Shown one piece after another: positions 10,438-21,703 of a stretch of 64,000 nucleotides of DNA. Made by a program: the position numbers and the translations under genes. Under the pieces are notes generated by a model that was not told the origin of the DNA, did no database searches, and saw only the letters and a list, made by a program, of their open reading frames with translations. The stretch is from Candidatus Latescibacterota bacterium (GTDB lineage: Bacteria; Latescibacterota; CBDEFO01): the NCBI GenBank assembly GCA_965237525.1, contig CBDEFO010000007.1, positions 416,001-480,000 on the forward strand, given 5' to 3'. The first letter of the stretch is position 1, and every line of letters begins with the position of its first letter.

Positions 10438-11763
10438 ATGAAACGCATTGGAATTGTGAGTGTTGTCAGTCTGATTGCCGCGTTTGCCTGGGGAACGATT
10501 TTGGCAAACGCCGAGGAAACGAGCGAAAGGGGTAAAGCAGAGATGAAGAACTTGCAACAGGATTCCCCAAAACAAGAAAGTGAAAGACCTCTGCAGTCCC
10601 AAGAGGAGTTCATTGCCATTCGAAACCCGCGCCAGCTAAAAGTGGCAGAGATACCAGCGGAACGGGTTCCGATAGGCCAAAAGCTTGAATACAAGCCCAA
10701 CATCGCACACCTGGGTGGAGATGAGTTGCTGCTATTGTGCTACCTGAACGATGTAGCAGCAGGGCTACCCACCTACCTGTATCGTTCGCACGACGGCGGT
10801 CGTACCTGGGAAGGAGGGCGCGACGAGACCAGTCTGCCAGACGGGGGCGAGCCGTATCTGTCGCGCATGCGAGACGGCACGCTGTTGGTCACAGGTGGAC
10901 CATGGGGGTACCGCTCGGAGGACGATGGATACACCTGGTCCCAATACCAGCTGCCTCCGGAATTTGCCACCAGGGTCAGGGGGAACAACTCGCGAAATAT
11001 ACTGGAGTTGGAGGACGGTTCGTTACTGCAGATTGTCGATATACCTGAAGACGATCCCATTCTTCGCCATTCTCAATACGGGAATGGATACGTCGCCCGG
11101 AGCTACGATGGGGGTCGGACCTGGCCGGACTGCTACCCGATAGAAGTAGAAGGGGTGGCGGAAGGCTATCCCCGGTCCATCTTTGGAGAGGTAGTGCTCT
11201 GGCAGGCGCGTTCCGGGAAGATTTACGGTATAGCCAGGCTTGATCATCAGTTCTATCCCCTTCCCGGGCGGGTGTTCACCCCCCAGGAGCTCGGAAACGT
11301 GGCCGTAACCCTGCGGCACTACGGGCAGCCCCCGGTGCAGGATCTTGCCGATACCACCTTCGACCAGTTCGGACGAATGAAAGCTTGGTATTCTACCGAC
11401 GAAGGCCACACGTGGCAGCCCGGTGCGGACCTGGGCGACCACGGCCAGATGTTTCATTCCATTCTGCGGTTGAGGGATGGACGGCTGCTGTTTACTTATA
11501 CGCAGCGTTCGATCGATCCTCCTCTCGGTGTGCGTGCGGTGCTCGGTCGGGAAACCGAAGATGGATTCGAATTCGATTTTGAGCACGATATCTTCATGAT
11601 TGACACCAAGACTCCCATCGATCGCAGCTCGGGCGGAGGTTTTGGCAACACCGTCCAGCTGGACGACGGCACACTGGTGACTAGCTATTCCTATTGGCGG
11701 CCTGACGAAGGAGAATCGGGCAAACTCTTCAATTGTGAAGTGGTTCGCTGGCGTTTACCGTAA
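10438..11763 (+). CDS. Secreted BNR-repeat sialidase-family protein
   Basis: AGGAG RBS, signal MKRIGIVSVVSLIAAFAWGTILANA; Asp-boxes SHDGGRTW, SEDDGYTW, SYDGGRTW, STDEGHTW. Confidence 0.88.
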   Translation: MKRIGIVSVVSLIAAFAWGTILANAEETSERGKAEMKNLQQDSPKQESERPLQSQEEFIAIRNPRQLKVAEIPAERVPIGQKLEYKPNIAHLGGDELLLLCYLNDVAAGLPTYLYRSHDGGRTWEGGRDETSLPDGGEPYLSRMRDGTLLVTGGPWGYRSEDDGYTWSQYQLPPEFATRVRGNNSRNILELEDGSLLQIVDIPEDDPILRHSQYGNGYVARSYDGGRTWPDCYPIEVEGVAEGYPRSIFGEVVLWQARSGKIYGIARLDHQFYPLPGRVFTPQELGNVAVTLRHYGQPPVQDLADTTFDQFGRMKAWYSTDEGHTWQPGADLGDHGQMFHSILRLRDGRLLFTYTQRSIDPPLGVRAVLGRETEDGFEFDFEHDIFMIDTKTPIDRSSGGGFGNTVQLDDGTLVTSYSYWRPDEGESGKLFNCEVVRWRLP

Positions 11764-12282
11764 GAGGAGTCCGGGATGCTGCACAAGGGCCAGTTCTGCC
11801 GGTGGGTTTTTATCCCGCCATTACCTGGGGGGATCATCCATTGCCAGACCGCGGTTACGTCAAAGCATCCGCTGTCCTCGCGGAGAGCACAGGAGCCAGA
11901 TTAGTGCGATGTCCCTAAAGTGCACGCAGGTCTGAGGAGCACCTTGCCTTGACCGTACCTCCGACTGGTAACGTCAGAAGAAGTTCAAATCAGCACAGGC
12001 GGCGCCCGGCAGCGCAGTGGATCGAGGACGGGCTGGCGCTTCAGTACATGCCGAAGAGCGGCTCGATCGGACGCCCGCTGCTCCGGGGGGGGTACGCCGC
12101 ACCCATGCATACTAACGACTGAGGCACCCTGACCGGCGGTTCTGGGGCGAGGATCTGTGGGAGGGATGGGTGAGCGTGGCTAGGTGAATTTTCTGGCAGA
12201 GCTGAGACCGATCTCAGTCCAGGCAGACTCTCACCTGGCAAAAGGCAGGTTTTTCTTGGGCTTTGACTACAGGACATATAAG

Positions 12283-13005
12283 ATGGAATGCATTGCAGTT
12301 GTGAGTGTTTTCAGTCTAATTGTTGCTTTTGCCTGGGGAAGCAGTTTGGCAGACGCCAAGACTCCCGAAGCTGTGGACCTGGCCCGGCTTAACGACTGGG
12401 ACATCGTCGTAGCTGAGGACGCTATCCCCAGTGAGATATACGCGGCTGAGGAATTTCAGAAATGTTTTGGCCGAGCCAGTCGCGTGAAGCTCCCGATCGT
12501 GCGCAAAGTGGATGGGCTTGACAGGCACGTAATTATCGGTCCCAGCCAGGCCATGCGCGCGAGTAACCTTGGCTTCGATGTTCACGACTTCGGTTACGAA
12601 GACCTCCGCATCGTGATCCGCGGCGGTAGCATAGCCATTGTAGGTATCCGGCCTCGCGGCAGGCTTTACGGCGTCTATACGTTTCTGGAAGACTACCTGG
12701 ACGTACGGTTCCTCAGAGATGAACATACACACGTAACTGCTGTCGGCCAGCAGCAAACGATTGGCCCGGTAGACCGTGTCTATCGCGCACCTTTTGCGAA
12801 TTTACGCCCGACCGGGTACAATGCACCTTATCATTACGTGTTTTTTGGGGTCCGTACTCGCAACAATGGCTTCCATGACCAACCGAGGTTTGGTGGCACT
12901 TCGCCATTCGGGAATACCAATCACAGCTTCTATCGGTAAGTGCCTTACCAGGAATACAGCAGAGATCATCCGGAGCACTTTGGTCTCTGGGATTGGAAAC
13001 GCCGG
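12283..13005 (+). pseudogene. Truncated DUF4838-like protein
   Basis: Aligns to the N-terminal third of 19772..21595; CAA>TAA at 12937 (HSFYR*VPYQ); homology ends near 13005. Confidence 0.85.
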
Positions 13006-13107
13006 GAGGGGCGTTACACTGGCGGTTTGAAGGCCGCGGCAAGGGTCATATGTGACCGCTTCGACAGCGGTTTGTCCGCTAAATTTCGGTTATGTAAAGG
13101 AGCTCAG

Positions 13108-14997
13108 ATGGAACAGTTATCCGCACTAATGGTGTTTGCAGCTGTGCTATTGACGGCGATTTTATTGCCGGCTGGAGGCCTTAGGGCTGAAGCTTCGGTG
13201 GAGTTCTATGTTTCACCGACCGGTCATGACAACAATCCCGGCACCAAGCAGAAGCCATTCGCCGGCCTCACTAGAGCTCGGAATGCAGTCAGAGAAAGGA
13301 CTAAGACAGAGCAGACAGCCAACATTGTTGTGTTCCTTCGAGGTGGCACTTATGAAATGAAAGAGCCGCTGATTCTGGGACCGGTAGATTCGGGGACTGA
13401 CAAATTCTCGATCACCTATGCGGCCTATCCTGGTGAGAAACCGATTATCAGCGGGGGAAGAAGAATCACTGGCTGGAAACAGGGGCCCGGCAAGATATGG
13501 GTGGTCGAACTGCCGCAAGTCAAGACGCAGAAATGGTACTTCCGTCAACTTTTCGTTGATGGCAAGCGAGCCACTCGAGCCCGGACTCCCAACGCCGACA
13601 ACAAGGACCAGTATCTGCAGGTGAAGGACGCGGAGCTGAAAGACGATATCTGGAAGGTCATCTTGGCCCCTGACCAGGTCAGAGACTGGTCAAACATGGC
13701 AGATGTCGAGATCGTCGTTCTTGGACTATGGGATATTATGCGCAAGCAACTGGCGAGTGTTGATGAGGCGAAGGGCGAAGTAATTCTGGCCCCGCCTCAC
13801 GTTCCAACACACCACCACGATCCGAGATCGGGCAGTTGGTGCTTCTTCGAAAATGCCATCGAGATGCTCGATCAACCCGGGGAATGGTACCTGGACCGCT
13901 CCAGCGGCGTCCTTTCATATTGGCCACTGGACGGTCAGGATATGTCGAAGGTTGAGGTAGTAGCGCCGGTCCTCGCGCAACTTCTTGAAATTGCGGGCAC
14001 ATCGGATCAATTGGTGCAAAACGTGCATTTCAAAGGTCTGACTTTCAGGCATGCCCGGTGGCCGCTGCCCCCATGGGGATTTGCAGGCAGGCAGGCCGGT
14101 ACGATGTACGGAGGCACAGGATTCATCGGCGAGGCGATTTTGTGGAAATTCGTAGAGTCATGCAGCATGACCGACTCCGAGATCGCCCACGTGGGCGGGT
14201 GCGGGATAAGTCTGCGCAAAGGATGTGTCAAAAACCTCGTTGAGGGAAACCATATTTATGATATCGGTTCCAACGGTATCAATGTCGGAGAGGACTTATC
14301 AATAATTTACGATGAAAATTATACGCCACCTGATTCGGACACGCCTCGCGACAATCGCATCACAAACAACTATATCCACGGATGTGGCGCAGATTTCTAC
14401 GGCGGGATAGGGATATACATTGCCTTCACTGACGGAACGGTCGCTGCGCACAATCTCCTTCACGACCTTCCCTACACAGGTATCAGTGTGGGTATGATGT
14501 GGGGTGGCCAACCTACCGTATGTCGTAACAATGTCATTGAGTACAACCACATCTACGACGTCATGAAAAGGATGGGTGATGGGGCTGGCATATACACGCT
14601 GGGCTTTCAACCTGGCACGGTCGTTCGCAACAACCTGATCCATGATGTCAGGCGCAACCCATTTGCCCGGGGTGCTCCCTACGCTGGGCTGTACGTTGAC
14701 AGTCGTTCCTCCCAGATCCTTGTCGAGGCCAACACGGTCTACGGACTGGCACAGCCCAAATGGCCCTGCACGCCTGTTTTGATTGGCCATTATTCGAGGG
14801 ACATTGTCTTTCGCCACAATGTCTTTGTTGTTTCAGAGGCCGAAGTCAAACCGTTTGCTTACTACAACTCGAAAGAAGAAGATTTCAAGTTCGAGAACAA
14901 TACGACGATTACGCAGGCCGAATGGAAAGCACCACCGGATTTGGAAACTCGGACGGGGCTTCAACCTCCTTATCGCAAGGCGCTTCTGGGACAATAG
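13108..14997 (+). CDS. Secreted right-handed parallel beta-helix protein (GH141/pectin lyase-like fold)
   Basis: AAGGAG RBS, signal peptide, FYVSPTGHDNNPGT, LRGGTY, LDQPGEWY, HDLPYTGISVG, DGAGIYTLG, PbH1-type repeats. Confidence 0.88.
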   Translation: MEQLSALMVFAAVLLTAILLPAGGLRAEASVEFYVSPTGHDNNPGTKQKPFAGLTRARNAVRERTKTEQTANIVVFLRGGTYEMKEPLILGPVDSGTDKFSITYAAYPGEKPIISGGRRITGWKQGPGKIWVVELPQVKTQKWYFRQLFVDGKRATRARTPNADNKDQYLQVKDAELKDDIWKVILAPDQVRDWSNMADVEIVVLGLWDIMRKQLASVDEAKGEVILAPPHVPTHHHDPRSGSWCFFENAIEMLDQPGEWYLDRSSGVLSYWPLDGQDMSKVEVVAPVLAQLLEIAGTSDQLVQNVHFKGLTFRHARWPLPPWGFAGRQAGTMYGGTGFIGEAILWKFVESCSMTDSEIAHVGGCGISLRKGCVKNLVEGNHIYDIGSNGINVGEDLSIIYDENYTPPDSDTPRDNRITNNYIHGCGADFYGGIGIYIAFTDGTVAAHNLLHDLPYTGISVGMMWGGQPTVCRNNVIEYNHIYDVMKRMGDGAGIYTLGFQPGTVVRNNLIHDVRRNPFARGAPYAGLYVDSRSSQILVEANTVYGLAQPKWPCTPVLIGHYSRDIVFRHNVFVVSEAEVKPFAYYNSKEEDFKFENNTTITQAEWKAPPDLETRTGLQPPYRKALLGQ

Positions 14998-15367
14998 CAA
15001 GGGTTCCACCGCCTATGATTGTGAGCACGACTGGTAACTCTTGAGGGCAGAATTAGCGAACAAATCGGGCACTGCCGCGGGTTCCAGATGGGCGATACAT
15101 CTCTAATCGTGTCTCCAGAGCTCGTCTCCCGCCGTCACAATGCGCGTCGGACAACGTGATGGTCACAGAAGCATCAGTCCCGGACGGTCTGGCTGATTAC
15201 TGGTACGATGCAGGCCGCAAGATGCGCAGCCATTTTGTAGAAGTTCAACTAACGCGGCTGATTCTTTTCGCTGTATAGGCGTGATCACTGGCGTATGAGC
15301 AAAGCGCGCTGGTACCGGGTCTGCCGCTTCGTCTCTGATGAGACGCTTATATGAGAGGAGGTTCACG

Positions 15368-17125
15368 ATGTCTTCACACGATCTGCCCTGGCGGGTGATG
15401 ACTTTGTGGCAGCAGATTGACGGAGATGTACTGTTTACCGACGAACCGACAGTTCTTCAGTCGCGGGAGATGCTGAATCCTACTGCGGATTCGGAGCTGG
15501 GCAGGTTCGTGGATTTTATCGCATCGATTGGTATCAACGCGCTGGACCTTCGCTATTACACGGATGAACAGCGTCCTGCGCTGGCGTCGTTTGCTGGATA
15601 TTTGAAGGCCAGGGGCATCCGGCTGTTGATCTGCCGACAGTGGACGGAGTTGGAGACGGGTGAGCTGATCTGGCTGCCTCTCCGTAATCGAGACCTTAAG
15701 CGCACCTCCCCTCTCTTGTGTCCCTTCAATGAGCAGGTCCGGCGATATTGGCAGGAGGCGGTCGGCGCAGACTTCCGGGAGATTCCCGATCTGGGAGGTT
15801 ATTCATTCGGCATTACGACTGAATACTACATGTCGAACGGTGCGCCCTGGATGTGTGACTGTTCCAGGTGTGGGTCTCTGAGCCGCCGGGAGCGTCTGAT
15901 CGAGGCTCTGCGATTTCTAGGGGGACTGCTTGCTGGTCACGGCGGTCTGCTGCTCTGGAACAACCACCAGGACGACCCCTGGGGCCAGCGCGTTGAAATC
16001 GAACTCTTTTCTGACCTGACGGGTCGGCTGCCTGAGAACGTTGTGGTAATGTTCTCTGATCTTTACTGGGACCAGGAACCAGGATGGCCGGCGAATCCAA
16101 TGTATGATCATTTGCGGGTTCCGTCCTCTGGTTGTGCGCCTTATGTGCCGCGCATCCAGTTGCCCGGGCAGTACCGGGGTATGAATCTCTTTCCTTGCTC
16201 GATGGTAGAAGCATGGGCGCGTACGTTTCGGGAGATCAGCCGTTTGCGGCTGTCCGGGTATTGGGTACAGGCGTTCATCAACCGTACTGAGTGGGATCAT
16301 CCCTGGAACATGGCGCACTGGTATGCCCTGGACCGATATGCGAGCGATCCGGAGACGGAGCCTGGGGCCATCATGTTTGACTGGGCTGCGCAGACGTATG
16401 GTGCGGATGCAGCGCCCGCTGTCGTGGAGATTCTTCGTCTCAGCCAGAAGGCGAGCATCAACATGTTCATGTGTCAGGGCCTGATGACCAGTGGGCAGAG
16501 CCAGCTTGCATCTCTGGTCTACCTTGATTCACATCTTTGCGGGCCGTATCGGGAAGCGCCGCGCATACCGGGCCAGATCGGTCTGGACTTTCCGTTGGAC
16601 ATGTACCCCGATCAACGCGCCGCCGAGATCAGAGCCCTCCCTGGCACTCGTCTGCTGTTCGTCCGCGAGCCGATCACGCCGGAAGTAAAGGCCCGAGCAC
16701 TGGCCGAGAAGGATGAGGCAATTGAACTGATCGATCGGATGATCGGCCTCTGGCAGAGCGTGAACGGGACGGTGGATGCGGAGGTGCACAAGGCCATGGC
16801 GGTTCGCCTGAATGGCAATCGCGTGGATGCCATGGTTTTCAGGGTGGTACTGGATCTCTACTTTGACTGGAAGCTGGGTTCTTTAAGTGATGCTCGGATC
16901 GACGAGGTGGTCGGTGGTTTTGCGGGGTTGAAGGGACAGGTGGTGCCCGATCCTGCAGGTCTGCCTCCCACGCATCGGCGGAGTTCGGAGGACGATCTGA
17001 CGCGCAACCTCTTCAGTTTCGCCGAAGAACTGCGCCTTGAAATGCACAAGCCATGGATCGAACAGCATTTCAAGGCCAACCCGCTGGGCGGTGGCATCTT
17101 GCCTGAGGAGGTGAAGTCCGGTTAG
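15368..17125 (+). CDS. GH67 (alpha-glucuronidase)-like TIM-barrel protein
   Basis: ASIGINA, P...VRRYW....FREIPDLGG and MAHWYALDRYASDP resemble GH67 catalytic-domain motifs; GAGGAGG RBS. Confidence 0.6.
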   Translation: MSSHDLPWRVMTLWQQIDGDVLFTDEPTVLQSREMLNPTADSELGRFVDFIASIGINALDLRYYTDEQRPALASFAGYLKARGIRLLICRQWTELETGELIWLPLRNRDLKRTSPLLCPFNEQVRRYWQEAVGADFREIPDLGGYSFGITTEYYMSNGAPWMCDCSRCGSLSRRERLIEALRFLGGLLAGHGGLLLWNNHQDDPWGQRVEIELFSDLTGRLPENVVVMFSDLYWDQEPGWPANPMYDHLRVPSSGCAPYVPRIQLPGQYRGMNLFPCSMVEAWARTFREISRLRLSGYWVQAFINRTEWDHPWNMAHWYALDRYASDPETEPGAIMFDWAAQTYGADAAPAVVEILRLSQKASINMFMCQGLMTSGQSQLASLVYLDSHLCGPYREAPRIPGQIGLDFPLDMYPDQRAAEIRALPGTRLLFVREPITPEVKARALAEKDEAIELIDRMIGLWQSVNGTVDAEVHKAMAVRLNGNRVDAMVFRVVLDLYFDWKLGSLSDARIDEVVGGFAGLKGQVVPDPAGLPPTHRRSSEDDLTRNLFSFAEELRLEMHKPWIEQHFKANPLGGGILPEEVKSG

Positions 17126-17149
17126 CGCCGTAGTGCGGCACGCAGAGTC

Positions 17150-17495
17150 AAGATACTGGGCTGTAAGGCTTTGCAGGAAATAGCTAAGACCTTAGGCCGG
17201 GCGCGAGCCACTGTTGACATTGCTAAGTGGCTGCCGCTAAGTTAGATTATGGGAACCGGAGAAGACAGAAGCCGCTGTCCGAGGAAGTCAGGCAGTTCGT
17301 TCTGCGTATGGCGTGAAGAGCAACCCAGTTAGTGATATGATCGCCTTCAAGGGGCGCTGGGCAATCTGAGTCACGATATATCGCATACGACGATGTGCAA
17401 ATTCTCAAGGCCTATGGCATCGAGCCAGAGCCCGATCGATAGCGGCAGACTACGTCGAAAACGTTTCTGAAAGCGCATCGGGAGGTCACGGCAGA
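17150..17495 (+). mobile_element. Degraded rve-type (IS3/IS481-like) transposase remnant
   Basis: Reads KPLSEEVRQFVLRMA*..YDRLQGALGNLSHDISHTT..ILKAYGIEPEPDR*RQTTSKTFLKAH with stops and frameshifts. Confidence 0.7.
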
Positions 17496-17618
17496 GAATG
17501 TGTATTATGTGGGATGAGCTGAGAATTTGGTGTTTTGCCGTCCGGGGCGTTCCCCGGTCAGGCAAAGCATCATCGCCCGCAAAGGGTCTGAACGGTTACG
17601 AAGATTGGAGGAATCCAC

Positions 17619-19352
17619 GTGCAACGGAATTGTCTTTACGTAATAGGGATCATGTTTTACATCGCGACGACTGTTCCTGATACCGGTTATGCGGTACAGC
17701 CTGCAGTAGGAGAAGAGACTGAGATTCTGAACATCACCGTCGGCGAAGCGACCAAGATCAGCGATCTGGTTTACCAGAATACCGCGAGTCTGTCTGTCTC
17801 CCGGACGGGGGTTGTAGCTGTCTTCTATGCGAAGCCGAATCATAACCCGAGGTTTTACCGGGTTTCGACCGATGGGGGTCAGACCTGGAGCAAGGAGAGA
17901 TGGATGGTCCCGGGATGGCTGGCGGGGCTGAAAGTGTAGGACTCCGCGATGGCGGTGTGTTCAAGCCTCAAGGCGGCACAGTTTCTATTGAAGGAGAAAG
18001 GGACTGGTATGACATGACTGTTTTTCGGTTCACCGACGATTTTATGAGTTGGGAAACCGAAACAGACAAGATGTATGTACCCAATCACATCACCGCTCTC
18101 AGCCATGTATACACTCCTAATCCCGCTAAAGGCAAGATCCTCCAAATGTCCGACGGGGCACTGTTGATGCCGATGGGTGGCCGGTTTAGCGGCGACGTGG
18201 ACGTCCTTCGGGCTTACTTGGTCCGTTCGATCGATGAAGGCAGGACGTGGCTATATTACGTGACTATCAACTATACCCCCCAAGATCCCAACCCAGAACT
18301 GCCGGGTCAGTACGCTGGTTTTGACGAACAGAGCTTCGTGCTCTTGCCGAATGGTCAGATGTTGGCCATTCTGCGTACGCAGTACTCACATCTTGCGGGC
18401 GAATACAGACCGTTGTACGTCTGCTGGTCGAACGATCTTGGCAGGACGTGGGGCAAAGCGACGCCGACCAAGCCGCAGCTGATGAATATCTGGCCTACGC
18501 TGCAACTTCTGGACAATGGTGTGGTAGCCTGTCAGTACGGCCGACCGGGCTTCCATGTAGCCTTCAGTCTGGATAACGGTCATACCTGGCAGGACCGCAT
18601 TACGTTCTCAGATCTACCAGAGCCCTTTATTACCGGTCAGTTCGATATGATCAAGACTGGACCGAACCGGCTGGTGGCGGTCGGCAGCGACGCTGGGGGC
18701 ATAAAGGTCTGGCCGATTACGGTCGAGCGTCTGAAGGTGTCACCGGCCCATGCAGCTTTAGAGGGCCGCGTGCTGGACCAGCAGGGCAGGCCGATTGCCG
18801 GCGCGACTGTCGAGCGCAGTCCCAACCGTTACTATCTCGACTCCTGGCTTGAGCACCCCACCGAATTGGATCCCTGGAAAAAGACCCCTCTGACAATCGA
18901 TTCTCCGGTATTGGGATACAGATCGATTCGTAAGGAGGATTGCTATCCGACGGTGCAGACGGACGCCCAGGGACAGTTCCGGTTCGAGTCGGTCAAGTTA
19001 GGTGAATATGTCTTGACGGTTGAGGCTGACGGTTATGCCCCACAGCATCGGCATATTAAGGTATCGCCGGAGTCCAAGCCACAGGACTTCCGTTTGAAGC
19101 ATGGTCGAAAGATTCGCAGCCGGGTTGTGGATGACACAGATCAGCCGGTTAGCGGTGCTTGTGTGGTACTGAACAGGTGGCACGTCCATACCGATCTTGC
19201 TGGGTTCTTCCACTGGTCGGTGGAGTCCCCGCTGCCAGAGCAGGTGGCGATCATGGTTTACAAGCGTTACAGCGGTCAGTATGAGACACTCCAAGCAACG
19301 GTGTCGTTCTCGCCAGCTTGAGCGCCAGCCGATAGCCTTGAAGAACAGATAA
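17619..19352 (+). pseudogene. BNR sialidase + carboxypeptidase-regulatory-like domain protein, frameshifted paralog of 32927..34651
   Basis: ORFs 17619 and 17900 together align with 32927..34651; frameshifts near 17900 and near 19310. Confidence 0.85.
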
Positions 19353-19403
19353 TTGAACGGTGACGAGTAGCGTCAAGAGCCAGGCTGGAAGAGGACTCGA
19401 TCT

Positions 19404-19602
19404 GTGTCTAACGGGCAGCCATCGAGCCGATTTGGAGACTCAATAAGGACGCCGCAATCCATCCAGCGCTGGCCGAGGAGATACGACCGCTTGTCGAAGA
19501 GTTCTTCCGGCTGTGCGACGACTGTGGGATCGGAGGATGTTTCGCAGGAGCTTGCGAGTGCACCGAAGGTATCTTGGAAACCTCGATCCTGCAGGCAAGT
19601 AG
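19404..19602 (+). pseudogene. Orphan 3' tail of a DUF4838-like gene
   Basis: CGGGCAGCCATCGAGCCGATTTGGAGACTCAATAAGGACGCC...GATCCTGCAGGCAAGTAG matches 21400-21595 and the 23524 end. Confidence 0.85.
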
Positions 19603-19771
19603 GTGGAAAGGCTGAATTGGGATGCATTTCTTCTAACAGACCACTTTAGAAGGAGTTAAGCGATGAAACGGATCGCAGTTGTGAGTGTTATCAGTCTAAT
19701 TGTCCCATTTGTCTGGGGAGGCATTCTGGCAAACGCGTTATGTTGGGTCTTTAACAAGGAGGAGTTTTACG

Positions 19772-21595
19772 ATGAAACTGACCACAGTTGTGAGCGCTGT
19801 CATTGTGGTAGCTATATTTACCTGCGGAAGTATTCCTGCTATGGACAACGCTGATGAGGGCTTAGACCTGGCCCGCCTAAGCGGCTGGGACATCGTTGTG
19901 GCTGACGATGCTATTGCCAGTGAGATATACGCGGCTGAGGAGTTTCAGGAGTTCTTCAGCCAGGCGAGTGGTGTGAAACTCCCTATCGTCCACAAAATCG
20001 AACGTTGGGACAAGCATGTGTTCGTCGGTCCTGGCAAGCTGATGCAAGCCAGTCCTGTGGGATTCGGCGTTGAGAATTTGGGACCTGAAGATTTGCAGAT
20101 CGTTGTACGTGACGACAACATCGCCATAGCCGGAGGACGGCCGCGCGGCACGCTTTATGGGGTTTACACCTTCCTGGAAGATTACCTTGGCGTACGCTTT
20201 CTCACACACGATCATACCCACGTGCCGCCGGTTGGTGAGCAGAGAGTGATCGGCCCGGTGGACCGTGTCTATCGCCCACCTTTTGCGAATTTACGGCTGA
20301 CCGGGTACAAAACATCTTATCATTACCCGATTTTTGGGGTGCGTACTCGCAACAATGGCTACCATGATCAACCGAGATTCGGTGGAACTTCGCCGTTCGG
20401 GAATACCAATCACAGCTTCTATCGGCAAGTGCCTTACCAGAAGTACGGCAAGGATCATCCGGAGTACTTTGGTCTCTGGGATTGGACACGCCGGAACCAT
20501 TTCACGCATACTCATCTATGCCTGACCAATGCGGAGCTGTTACCTATCGTTACCGATGCGGTCTTGAAGGAAATCGAACGCGCCACGAGCATTGGGCGCA
20601 AGAACTTTTCCGTCTCTCAGAACGACACTATCTGGCAGTACTGCCAGTGTGAAGAGTGTACGGCCGTTGACAAGCGCGAAGAATCACACATGGGCGCCCT
20701 GCTGGACTTTGTGAACAAGGTAGCCGACGAGGTGGCCAAGACTCATCCGGACGTCTTTATCGGGACGCTCTCCTATGGTTTTTCGCGCAAGCCGCCCAAA
20801 ACTATCAGGCCGCGAGACAATGTGCAGATAAACCTCTGCAGCATCGAGACCTGCCAGCTTCACCCCTTGGCTGATCCCAGCTGCCCCAGAAATATCGCAT
20901 ACATGCAGGACCTCCGCGGTTGGAGCAAGATTTGCAGGCACCTCTACGCCTGGACGTATAACCGCCATTTTCACGACTTCCTTCTGCCGTATCCAAACCT
21001 GTTTACGATCAAACCGAACATAAATACTCTTGTGATTGCCGGAGTTGAAGGGGTGTTCATGCAATGCAGCTTTGACTTGGTGGCGGAACTGTCGGACCTC
21101 CGCAATTACCTGATGAACCGTCTGTTGTGGAACCCCGATCTCGACGACAGGGCGGTCATCAACGAGTTCCTCGATTTGCACTATGGTAAAGCAGCCCCAC
21201 CAATCCGCCGCTTTATCGACATGACACATAAGCACTACAAAGATGCAGCTACTCACCACACTTCGTTGATCCGCGACCACTGGGATTTGCCGGTCGATGA
21301 ATCCGTTGCCAAAGCCGGGCTTGGTATGTTCTCTGAAGCAATGAAATTGGCTGAGAACGATGAAGTCAAAGAACGAGTGGAAAAGGCTTCCATCTGCGGC
21401 TATCGGGCAGCCATCGAGCCGATTTGGAGACTCAATAAGGACGCCGCAATCGATCCAGCGCTGGCCGAACAGATGCAACCGCTTGTCGAAGAGTTCTTCC
21501 GGCTGTGCGACGACTATGGGATCGGCGGACATGTCGCAGGAGCTCGCGAGCGCATCGAAGGCATCTTGGGTACCAGTGACCCTGCCGGCAAGTAA
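19772..21595 (+). CDS. DUF4838-like secreted putative glycoside hydrolase, array copy 1
   Basis: GGRPRGTLYGVYTFLEDYLGVRF, NHSFY, LCLTN, SVSQND, CxCxxC and RLLWNP motifs; RBS and signal MKLTTVVSAVIVVAIFTCG. Confidence 0.88.
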   Translation: MKLTTVVSAVIVVAIFTCGSIPAMDNADEGLDLARLSGWDIVVADDAIASEIYAAEEFQEFFSQASGVKLPIVHKIERWDKHVFVGPGKLMQASPVGFGVENLGPEDLQIVVRDDNIAIAGGRPRGTLYGVYTFLEDYLGVRFLTHDHTHVPPVGEQRVIGPVDRVYRPPFANLRLTGYKTSYHYPIFGVRTRNNGYHDQPRFGGTSPFGNTNHSFYRQVPYQKYGKDHPEYFGLWDWTRRNHFTHTHLCLTNAELLPIVTDAVLKEIERATSIGRKNFSVSQNDTIWQYCQCEECTAVDKREESHMGALLDFVNKVADEVAKTHPDVFIGTLSYGFSRKPPKTIRPRDNVQINLCSIETCQLHPLADPSCPRNIAYMQDLRGWSKICRHLYAWTYNRHFHDFLLPYPNLFTIKPNINTLVIAGVEGVFMQCSFDLVAELSDLRNYLMNRLLWNPDLDDRAVINEFLDLHYGKAAPPIRRFIDMTHKHYKDAATHHTSLIRDHWDLPVDESVAKAGLGMFSEAMKLAENDEVKERVEKASICGYRAAIEPIWRLNKDAAIDPALAEQMQPLVEEFFRLCDDYGIGGHVAGARERIEGILGTSDPAGK

Positions 21596-21703
21596 GTGCG
21601 CAGGCCGGGCACTTGTGTGTTGCCAGCCTGGTTCCCCTATTTGCCTGCGGAAGTATTCTGGCAAACGCGTTCTGTTGGGTCTTTAACAACGAGGAGTTAT
21701 ACG

